From: Cladosporium halotolerans
Lineage: Eukaryota
Assembly (NCBI RefSeq): GCF_011745625.1
Contig: NW_027191465.1
Span: 558,001 to 611,102 of the forward strand
Direction of reading: 5' to 3'
DNA length: 53,102 nt
The notes under the pieces were generated by a model that was given only the letters and a program-made list of their open reading frames with translations, was not told where the DNA came from and made no database searches. The position numbers and the translations under genes were made by a program. This document shows, one piece after another, positions 20,601-29,800 of the stretch; the stretch's first letter is position 1, and the number at the start of each line of letters is the position of its first letter.

Positions 20601-21326
20601 CATGCTAGGGACCGTTCCAACCTCCGCCGCCACTGCACGAGCAACAAACACCAAACGCTGTGCCCGCCGTCGACTTAACATTCACACCACTCACACTCAA
20701 ACCTCGCTCCTTGACATTGGCTTGTACTGATTTGGACGTCGTCCAATTTCAACGTGACCACTTGCTAACAACCTTTTCACAGCAACCTCCTCGGCAAGTT
20801 CGAGCTCTCCGGCATTCCTCCCGCGCCTCGCGGCCAGCCCCAGATCGAGGTGACTTTCGAGCTCGACGCTAACGGCATCCTCCGCGTGAGCGCCGGCGAC
20901 AAGGGCAGCGGCAAGACCGAGTCTATTACCATCACCAACGACAAGGGCCGCCTTAGCGCCGAGGAGATCGAGCGCATGGTCGAAGAGGCGGAGAAGTACG
21001 CGGACGAGGACAAGGCGACGCGCGAGCGCATCGAGTCGCGCAACGGCCTCGAGAACTACGCCTACTCGCTCAAGAACCAGCTCAACGACGACGAAGGCCT
21101 CGGCGGCAAGATCGACGAGGACGACAAGGACACCCTCCTCGAGGCCGTCAAGGAGGCCCAGGACTGGCTCGAGGAGAACGCCGCCACCGCCACCTCTGAG
21201 GACTTCGACGAGCAGAAGCAGAAGCTGAGCGACGTCGCGTACCCCATCACTTCGAAGCTGTACGAGGGCGGCGCCGGTGGCATGCCCGATGACGACGACG
21301 AGCCTTCCGGCCACGACGAGTTGTAA
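17642..21326 (+). CDS. KAR2: ER Hsp70 chaperone BiP, 680 aa; exons 17642-17810, 17908-18217, 18273-19292 and 20783-21326
   Basis: Signal peptide, [42 protein letters not shown], spliced [36 protein letters not shown], and C-terminal HDEL*. Introns at 17811-17907, 18218-18272 and 19293-20782. Confidence 0.97.
19294..19346 (+). other. Internal 53-nt GC-AG intron splitting the donor of the external intron
   Basis: Donor GCAAGT at 19294, branch GCTAAC at 19331-19336, acceptor CAG at 19344-19346. Removing it joins G19293 to TAAGT and gives the canonical donor GTAAGT. Confidence 0.85.
19635..20678 (+). CDS. Intron-encoded GIY-YIG endonuclease with two C-terminal C2H2 (matrin/JAZ-spacing) zinc fingers, 347 aa from the first in-frame ATG
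   Basis: [22 protein letters not shown]...GVRSRILQH...IAIEAAL supplies GIY, YIG, Arg, His and Glu. The two fingers are CPLC-x12-H-x5-H and CVPC-x12-H-x5-H. The frame is open from 19377. Confidence 0.88.
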   Translation: MAYDAPDIQTLILHLTWLCLNVSDWINPRFRAVFPTSDHLAALFPQLGITFCEGLFDVVQAATAPRIEWFLSLPADIPHHVWGIYVLVLRKGSRYKLYIGSGTGIKDGVRSRILQHEGRSVEPSHVKQAKDDGYKQVHSSLLAWCNPPTAAQVPAFRTAIIAIEAALHLIFWPMYKRTTRYSFPDGPWARKEYPWDGLCHHNPLTEGVIKGVDDIDLTPEQLEHMASVAAERRRVVRNTWDRKQRASPRPGYMAKRLAVSRKYQPTATAKYHQVIASKAHHCPLCNVTKSCKSQMERHYRTERHINAVADGCGPLHCVPCNYHARDRSNLRRHCTSNKHQTLCPPST

Positions 21327-23149
21327 GAGGTTCGTCATAGTCGAGGACGCTTTGACGTTGTGGTTTTTTCTTTTTGCTGGCTTGTGGATATACGCGAAAT
21401 CAAAGAATTGAAGAAAGTACACCATGTTCCTGGCCCTTTTTTTTTTTCTTAAGAGAAAGGAGTTGCCTTGTTTGCTATAGATTCTACTACACGAATACCT
21501 TGATCTTGTATCGTTCTCCACAGTTTCCTATCTTTTGATCTGCGAACTCGTAGGGCTTGCCAGGTGGTTTGCTGGGGCTACCTTGCAAGGGCTTGATGCC
21601 AGAACGAGCACCTCGCGAGTGCTCCATCTTCCTGGCCCCTGTTCACACGAAGCTGGCGGCCAGGCGTGACGAGAAAGCTCTCGCCAAGTGCACAAACTTG
21701 CTGCCAAGTCACAGCGGCAAGAGACCGCAAACTCGACTTCTGTGGCTCACGGGCAATGCTTCGAACCTCGCCAGGGCATATCGTCAGTACGTGCTATGAA
21801 GATGAAATAACAAGAGGTCGTCATCATGTCACCTGCACGTAAATGCTCACTCCGCCACGAACTCTCGATCGGGCGGTCGAACGAAGGAGGTCTGATCTAG
21901 TTTAATCTGATCTTATCGGAAGCCAAGTGCCCGAGGGCCCGAGGCATGGATACACCAAGCGGCGAGGCTATCCTAGGTACACGCTGTACTGTAAGGACAC
22001 CACGTGGCGGACACCGCGGTGGCGTCTTGGAGCCGAAGCGAAGCGAAGCAGTCCGTGTGCATGCAGATTGTCAGATTCCCATGCCTCGCCCCATCGCATT
22101 TGCTAGAATTCCCATGTGCACCGTGCTCACTGCACATCAGCACTCTGCCCTAACCCCGAGCAGAGGGAACTGCTTTGGCGGGCGCTGAAGGTTGGAAGAA
22201 GGACTGGAAGATCCGGCGCGCGCGCCCCGCGCCGAATGCCCTTCGCCTGCCATTTCCGCCTACCTTAGGTAAGCTACCTGAGGACTCGCGTCCGGAGTGT
22301 GGTAGACCTGAGCCCCGTCGGAAAAGCGTCCTCCCGCCATCTCAGAGCAAACCCATCCATCCTCCCCACCAGATCCTACACTTGATACACACCCCAGCCT
22401 CATCAGTCCCAATACACCCTCGCGCATCATCCCGCCCAAACGCTCGACTCAAACACGCACAGGCGCGTAACCGCCCGCCTCGCACAGTCCACCATCCACA
22501 TCCCAAGGAGCCGTCTCCGAACCCCCGCCGCGCACCTCCAGAAGAGACCAGAAACCCACCACGCGCAAGCATCCGCGCCCGCCTCCCCGCGGCCCCGATC
22601 CCAGACCCCAGGCACGACCCTCCCATCTCCCTCGAACTGCCCTCCCAGCCCGCAAGCCTCATCGCCCGCTGGCCCTGCGCCCTGCCCTCCTGCCGGGACT
22701 ACGGACAGCTGTGCTACCGGCGGGACGCCATGCACGCTAGAGACTGGATCCGGGCGGCGGGGGTGAGGATGTCGCTGTAGAGCACGTGGGAGAGGGGCAT
22801 TTTCCGAGAGAGATCAGAATGTGCAAGGCGATAGATAGGAGGCACGAGTCTCGCGGCGCTTGGGAGGAAAGAAGTGGGTAGAGATTTCGTAGAAGCAGAG
22901 TAGAGGTTTCATTAGGTCGTGAGGGAGGAAAATGCCAAATCGAGCGTAAAACTACCCCAACAAAGCAAACAAACACCGTGTGTGTGTCAATCTTTCAAAG
23001 GGAAATTCCCTCCTGTCACCAGACCAGCCCAGACGCCCAAAAATGCAATAAACCCTCCCCTGGAATCCTCCCAAACCCAGCAAAACCCAAACGCCTTGCT
23101 CCCGCTTCCAACCATAACGCTGTCACCAACAGAAAGCCACAAAAACAAA

Positions 23150-24922
23150 TCAATACCCATCCAACACCTTAGTCTTCATCCACTCGCTCGTGCCAACCCC
23201 CAAATTCAACCCGTTCGTCGCCCACCACCTCCTGACCCGCATGCCCCTCTCCCCCTCGTCGCCGTCCTCCAGCGCCTCCTCCACGTCGCAAGTCTTGTAC
23301 TCGACCTTCAGCCCGCTGCGCTTCCACCACTCCAAAACCCCGACGTTGCCGTTCTTCGTCGCGCCGACGAGCACCTGGTTGTCGAAGATCATCTTGTCGC
23401 CCTTGGCCTCGTGCCACAGCCGCAGGATCTCCGTGTGCCCGTGCGTGGAGGCCAGCTTGGGCACGGCGTCCTCGTTGCCGAACGCGATGCCGCTGCGCAG
23501 CCACCAGCGGACGACGTCGGCGTGGCCATTCTGCGTCGCGAAAGCGATGGACTTGCCGGGCTTGAGGCGGACTTTGCTGCTGTCGACGCTGGCGCTGCTG
23601 TCGTCGACGGTTGTCGATTGGGCCTTCCACCACTCGAGGACTTGCAGGTGGCCTTGGGAGGAGGCCTGCTCGAGGGCGGCCTCGGTGAATTTGAGCGGCA
23701 GGCCGGAGTGTTGCCACCACTCGAGGACGGCGACGAAGCCCGCGCGCGAGGCGCCGTCGAGGGCCTCGAAGTTGTATTCTTTCGTCAGGAAGGAGGGGGA
23801 GGTGCGCCAGAACTCGAGGATCTCGGTGCGGCCGAAGACGGCGCTGGCGGTGTCCGGGAGGAAGGTGTGGCCGAAGGTGGTCCAGAAGAGGTCGCGGTGG
23901 TTGGCTTCGAGGTGCGCGAGGAGGGAGGTCATGGCGAAGCGCATGATGAGCTTGATGCAGAGTTTCGACAGCCAGCGGGGCACGCTGTGCGTGGCGATGA
24001 AGTGCTCGACGTCTTTGAGGTTGCCGCGGAGGATGGTAAGTTCGAGGGCTTCCATGTAGTTGCGGGGCCCGTGAGGGCTGGTGTGGGATGTCCAGTCGGC
24101 GGGCGGTGGGAGGTTGGTGTAGATGTGGAGGGTCTGCGCGAGCTCCCAGTCGCCGGTGAAGTCGATGATCATGGTCCAGAGTTCGGGAGGGAGGATGTTT
24201 TTGGATGTTTTCGTGTGTTTTGCGAAGGCCTGTCGCTGGCTGGGTGAGACGACAACGTCCTGTCCGATGTTCAGGAGATTAATCTGATTGCAGACGGCGT
24301 CTCGAAGGTCCTCCGCAGCTTCCCATGAGATCACCCGCTTCTCGCTTCCCTCGAACTTCCAGAGCAAAGGCTGCAGCACCTGTATCCAATTCCACTTTCG
24401 GCGGATCTTCGTGAGCTGCTTTTTCGTCATGGGGTTCTCCCACATGAGGGCCGACATGCCCGGGACCATGAGGATCTTCTTGGACACGTTCCAGCTGCGC
24501 AGGATCTCCTGCAGCAGGTTGTCGGTGGCGCCGTTCAGCATCTTGGCCATGTTGTTCGCATCGATGGGCGCCAGGACCAGAAGATCCGCCCACTCGCACA
24601 GTTCAGCCGCCTCTTGCTCAACTTCGACAACGTCCCTCGAACCGCTCTGCCGCCTCACGTTGGCCATGGTGGTGCAACATGATGAGGCGGTGATGAAGTC
24701 TTGACCTCGGTACCCGCTGTCCAGGATTGCACGGACGGAGATGTCAGGCAGAGCGGCCAGTCTGGGCAGAACATCTTCAACAATGCTCGGGTCGGTGCAT
24801 CCGGTGGAGGCAAAGACGACATTGATCTCGCGGCCGGGGCTCGGATGGGAGGTGGCGGAGGCGATGGGTGAGGATTTTCGGCGGGCTTTGCTACCGCCCT
24901 GTTCGTGGCTCGTCGCAGCCAT
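23150..24922 (-). CDS. HFCD/PPC-decarboxylase-like flavoprotein domain fused to ankyrin-like repeats
   Basis: N-terminal WADLLVLAPIDANNMAKMLNGATDNLL...VPGMSALMWENP. C-terminal repeats ALDGASRAGFVAVLEWW, ALEQASSQGHLQVLEWW, SIAFATQNGHADVVRWW and similar. Confidence 0.85.
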   Translation of the reverse strand: MAATSHEQGGSKARRKSSPIASATSHPSPGREINVVFASTGCTDPSIVEDVLPRLAALPDISVRAILDSGYRGQDFITASSCCTTMANVRRQSGSRDVVEVEQEAAELCEWADLLVLAPIDANNMAKMLNGATDNLLQEILRSWNVSKKILMVPGMSALMWENPMTKKQLTKIRRKWNWIQVLQPLLWKFEGSEKRVISWEAAEDLRDAVCNQINLLNIGQDVVVSPSQRQAFAKHTKTSKNILPPELWTMIIDFTGDWELAQTLHIYTNLPPPADWTSHTSPHGPRNYMEALELTILRGNLKDVEHFIATHSVPRWLSKLCIKLIMRFAMTSLLAHLEANHRDLFWTTFGHTFLPDTASAVFGRTEILEFWRTSPSFLTKEYNFEALDGASRAGFVAVLEWWQHSGLPLKFTEAALEQASSQGHLQVLEWWKAQSTTVDDSSASVDSSKVRLKPGKSIAFATQNGHADVVRWWLRSGIAFGNEDAVPKLASTHGHTEILRLWHEAKGDKMIFDNQVLVGATKNGNVGVLEWWKRSGLKVEYKTCDVEEALEDGDEGERGMRVRRWWATNGLNLGVGTSEWMKTKVLDGY

Positions 24923-25127
24923 CGAGGGCGGTTGTGGGTGTGTAGGTGTGGAGTACTGGCTGGTGTAAGTGTTCGAGCGACAAAGGCAGAGCCGCGTCTT
25001 CGCAGAGCCGGCAACGGTCGTAGGCGGGCTGAAGGCTTGTCGCGGCTTTGGTGAAGTGGCGGACTAAGCAGAGATCAGGGTTGGCGGGTCGGGACGCTGC
25101 CGTGAGCCCTGAGGTGGTGAGGTGGCG

Positions 25128-25216
25128 CAGGCGTGCAAGTCCTCAGGCGTCAAAAGTCCTCGGGCGTGGAGGTCCTCAGGTGTGGAGGTCCTCAGACGTG
25201 AAGGTCCTCAGGCATG
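25128..25216. repeat. 16-bp minisatellite, about 5 copies, unit approximately RAGGTCCTCAGGCGTG
   Basis: AAGTCCTCAGGCGTCA / AAAGTCCTCGGGCGTG / GAGGTCCTCAGGTGTG / GAGGTCCTCAGACGTG / AAGGTCCTCAGGCATG. Confidence 0.85.
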
Positions 25217-26819
25217 CTCGAATCTCCACTCGGCGATGCGCACACGCCGTCCGCGCACACGGCGACAGGGCCCAGACCCTGCAGCGGCCACCGACTCCGA
25301 CCGACATGGCCTTTCTACAATCCCATGGCTGCGGCCGCCGCCCCGAGAGCAGTCGGCCACCACCACTGCTGTCGGCGCAGCCTTCCGCCGTGCGCCACAG
25401 CACACGATGCGCGCAGAAGAGGCGGCGGCTTGTGCACAAGCGAATGGAGACGCCCTCGACGCCTCGCGCGCCCCTGGCAGAAGTCTCTGCGCAGCGGCGC
25501 GGCGTAGGTATGAGCGCATGATGACATACTCGCACGCTCAGCGGTGGGCCAGGCGGATGATGATGGCCGGCGGTGCAGTGCGGTGCTGGCGGGCGAGAGC
25601 CGCTCCGGCGCACACAGAGCGCTGAGCCGCATCCACGAGACGGACGCTGCACTGCACCTCAGGCATGGAACCACGACCTCTTGCGGGCAATGCGCTTCCC
25701 TGCCTCGTAGGCGCGCACGCTGGAGGGAGCCCACACTGCCACACCCACACACGTTGCGCCGGCGCAGATCTCGTCCCCGCGCCCACTCCAAACGCGCGGG
25801 CGAGCTTGATGAATCCCCGATCGCTGCCGTTGCCCTTGTTCGCGGTGGAGCAGGCCGCGGCCGCTAGCACGAGCGCGTCGATGAGCAGGGAAGCGGCCGC
25901 AACTCTGCGCTGCTGCGCCTGCGAGGCGTGTGCATGCAATAACATCAGGTATCGCGGGGACGCGCGCAGTGAATATTATTGTTTGTGATATAAGTTACCA
26001 TGCATCATTGTGTGCAGGTGTGCACTCGTACGCCGTGATATGCATACCTTGTGTAAGGTAGACAGCGCCAGCGCCGCCCCGGTGCGCTGGGAACGTCAGG
26101 GCATCAGGGCATCATCCATCAAGCCTGATTCTCGCCCGCGTGGGTTTCGCCCGCGCCACACCCGCCCTCTCTCTCTCTCGTTTTGCCCTCCTGTGCTCTG
26201 CTCTGCCTTCCTGCCCACCCGCCTGGTGCCACCGCACCCGTCGCTCGTCCGCTCGCGCACCCTGGCACACAGTGCGCGCATTGCAGCCTCCGAGCGCGCG
26301 ACCCTTCCGCGAGCCTGCCCGGATCTGCGGCATACATACACCACAAAGCTGTCTCGACGACGACACAACCACCTACGCCAGACCCCACCGCCTGCCGCTC
26401 CCACAAGCCACTCTTGCTCCTGCCTTTGCTTGCTACGCGGCTATCTCGCCGCACCGTGGACCCACATCCCCGGTCTCATCGTCGTTCGGCGCACGCGGTC
26501 ATCGCTTCTGGCCACTTGACACGCCCGTCCAATTCAACTGGCCGCTATACCGGACGACATCCTGCGACCCATACCCGTCCGCCAATGTGAAAGAGAACGG
26601 TCGACTGGGCTGGCGACTACAGGACTATTAGGTCCTTCCCCGTGGGACGCATAATCGGGACCAGACCGCACGCACACCGTACATCCCGCTCGAAGGCGCT
26701 GCGAAGCGCGGCACTCCCAGACCTGGACACACACCGTTCGTCGTAATTGTCGCGAGCGGCACAGCCGGCTTCCACACCTCACTGCACGGCAACACTGGGC
26801 TTGCGCCAGTCGCGCGGCC

Positions 26820-29800
26820 ATGTCCGGGGACCAGAGCAGCTCCAGGCGCGCCAGCGGCACCGGAGGCACCACGAAAGACGAGGGCGGACATGCACTTGCT
26901 ACGACGCTGCTGAAGGAAGGCCCTTCGGCGCCGGGAACAACGTCCCGGCGCATGAGCAAGCCTGGCTTGACCGATGATAGCACACCATCGCAGACCAAAA
27001 TCAACACAGACGCTCAACCCAAATCGCCCACCTTCCCAGCCGACGACGTACTCAGCCCTGCCGAGGCCGACAGAGTCTTCCCCGTCCGCTCTGTCGTTTC
27101 CGTTGGGCCCAACCCAACGCCTGACCCTGGAAGGCATCAGCAGCGCGAAGGATATTTCCCAAGTCCAGCAACAACGAGACGGAGCTCCACAAAGACGACC
27201 GAGCCTTCAAGGCAGAGCACACCCGCGAGTCATGACAGAGACAGGGCCGGCAGCGGCTCGGCCTGGGATCGAGCGCTCCGGCGAAACATTCAGGAGTCCG
27301 CAAAGCCCTCGGAAAAGGACATCAGATCCAAAGCCGGCCCCATGTCGCCGTCGCGGCAGCCGCCTGATGTCCTGGCGGCAATGCTGACGGGGACGGACGG
27401 AGGAGATGCTCGTAGTACGGGCGCCGGTTCGACCGCGCCGAGCGCTGCCAGGACTTCCACGTACGCTGAATCGACGCGCAGCAACCCAGACGACATCGGT
27501 CCCTTGGTGACCGCTCGGTTCAAGCACGTTATCACGGAAGGTGGCCACGCCATCATCACAGGACGCGACGGAGAAACACTGCAGCGGTGCGAAGACGAGC
27601 CCATCCACATACCGGGTGCGGTGCAGTCGTTTGGCGTCTTGCTCGCGCTCGAGGAGCAACAGGACGACAAGTTCGTGGTCAGAGTCGTCAGCGAGAACTC
27701 AAAGAACCTCCTAGGCTACACCCCCAAGCAACTGTTTGCGCTCGACAGCTTCACCGACATCCTGTCCGACGAGCAAGCCGACAATCTGCTGGACCACGTG
27801 GACTTCATTCGAGATGAGGATGCAGACGTCGTCGCAAATGGCCCAGAGGTCTTCACCATCTCCGTGCGCTCGCCCTCCCGGAAGACACACAAGCTGTGGT
27901 GCGCCATGCACATCAACGACCGCCATCCGAACCTCGTCATCTGCGAATTCGAGCTTGAGGACGACCAAGAAAATCCTCTCGTGCCCCCGGGCGAGGCTAC
28001 CCCGGAGCCGGCGGAAGACACGCTCAACAGCGATCCGACGGAGGAGGAGATCGTGGAAAGCACGCAGAATTACAGCAAACCCCTTCGTGTCTTACGGAGC
28101 GCCAGGAAGCGCAAAGGCGAAGCCGCTGCAATGGAGGTCTTCAACATCATGTCGCAGGTTCAGGAGCAATTGGCGGCAGCAAGCAATCTCGAAACTTTCC
28201 TCAAGGTCCTCGTCGGCGTGGTGAAAGAGCTCACGGGCTTTCATCGAGTCATGGTGTACCAGTTCGACCAGGCGTGGAACGGCCGGGTGGTGACCGAGCT
28301 CGTTGACCCGCGAGCCACGAAGGACCTGTACAAAGGCTTGAACTTTCCCGCATCTGACATTCCCAAACAAGCTCGCGATCTCTACAAGGTGAACAAAGTC
28401 CGTATGCTGTACGATCGGGACCATCAGACCGCCCGCCTGGTGTGCCGGACGGTCGAGGACCTTGAAACGCCGCTTGATCTCACACACTCCTATCTCCGCG
28501 CCATGTCACCGATTCACATCAAATACCTCGCAAACATGGCAGTCCGCTCCTCGATGTCCATCTCCATCAACGCGTTCGACGAGCTCTGGGGCCTCATTTC
28601 CTGCCATACCTACGGCTCCAAGGGCATGCGAGTGTCCTTTCCCATCAGAAAAATGTGCCGTCTCGTCGGCGACTCGGCTTCCAGGAACATTGAACGCCTG
28701 TCATACGCGTCGCGTCTCCAGGCGAGAAAGCTCATCAACACGGTCCCGACCAAGGACAACCCGTCGGGATACATCATCGCTTCGTCCGAGGATTTGCTCA
28801 AGCTGTTTACCGCCGACTTTGGCCTGCTATCCATCCGCGACGAGACCAAGATCCTCGGCAAGGTCGAAGAACCACAAGAGCTTCTGGCCATGCACGAATA
28901 CCTACGCATGCGGAGCATCACAAACGTCACGACCACTGTCGACATACGGGACGACTTTCCGGACTTGCAGTACGCTCCTGGATTTAAGGCCATCGCCGGC
29001 ATGCTGCTCGTCCCGCTTTCTTCCAAAGGCCAGGACTTCATCGCGTTTTTCCGGACACCCCAGCTGAGAGAGGTGAAGTGGGCTGGAAACCCGTACGAGA
29101 AGTTCATCAAGGAAGGCACCGAAGGATACCTGGAGCCGAGGAAAAGCTTCAAGACGTGGAGTGAGACTGTCGTTGGGAAAGGCCGGGAATGGACGGAGGA
29201 AGAGATCGAGACCGCCGCCGTCTTGTGCCTCGTCTACGGCAAGTTCATCGAAGTTTGGCGGCAGAAGGAGGCTGCGTTGCAAAACAGCCAACTCACCCGT
29301 CTGCTGCTGGCGAATTCGGCACACGAGGTCAGGACGCCCCTCAATGCCATCATCAACTACCTTGAAATCGCACTCGAGGGAAGTCTGGACAAAGAAACGC
29401 GAGACAATCTCTCCAAGTCGCACTCGGCGTCGAAATCGTTGATTTACGTGATCAACGATCTCCTGGATCTGACCAAGACCGAAGAGGGGGGCGAGCTCGT
29501 CAAAGACGAGGTTTTCGACCTCAGGGACATTTTGCGGGAAGCCACCGAGATGTTCGCCGGGGACGCACGGCGCAAGAACATCACATACGACATCGTTGGC
29601 CACGAAGGACTACCCACCCAAGTGGTCGGTGACGCTCGCCGGGTCAGGCAGGCGATCAGCAACGTCACTGCCAACGCTATCCAGTGCACCAGCGAAGGTG
29701 GCGTTCGTGTGGACATGGCTGTCACCTCGCGCATGGAGGCACACGTGGACATCGAGGTGAGCATATCCGACACAGGCACGGGGATGGACAAGAAGAAACT

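Larger units (their letters stand above)
19293..20782 (+). mobile_element. 1490-nt complex spliceosomal intron ([D1,2] stwintron) carrying a GIY-YIG endonuclease ORF; candidate homing intron
   Basis: It interrupts BiP codon AA|C. The 5' end is G + [GCAAGT...GCTAAC...CGCAG] + TAAGT, and the 3' end is GCTAAC-AACCTTTTCACAG. It contains a single long endonuclease ORF. No TIRs or target-site duplication are visible. Confidence 0.8.

Noticed and set aside
19534..20730. 398-aa ORF overlapping the endonuclease in another frame
   Set aside because: Ser/Pro/Thr-rich with no motifs; best explained as a shadow frame of the C-rich nuclease ORF.
19293..20782. Group I/II intron, intein, Penelope retroelement or DNA transposon as the identity of the insert
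   Set aside because: The ends carry spliceosomal donor, branch and acceptor signals. The upstream exon ends in A, not the group I U. The ORF is not in frame with BiP. No RT, transposase, TIR or TSD was seen. A covariance-model search is still needed to exclude a group I core formally.
19261..21326. Codon-usage shift around the insertion read as a co-conversion tract
   Set aside because: Similar 3' codon shifts occur in other genes of the window, so it cannot be attributed to homing without allele comparisons.
22148..22156. CCCTAACCC as a telomerase RNA template
   Set aside because: A 9-nt match is plausible by chance in 53 kb, and no other telomerase RNA elements were recognised.
22175..22780. 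201-aa Pro/Arg-rich ORF ending in a W-x-C-x4-C-x6-C motif
   Set aside because: No proper ATG start, low complexity and no clear splice model; it may be a gene relic but I cannot support that.
25048..26800. Many overlapping ORFs upstream of phytochrome
   Set aside because: GC-rich promoter/UTR sequence gives stop-poor frames; none has recognisable motifs.
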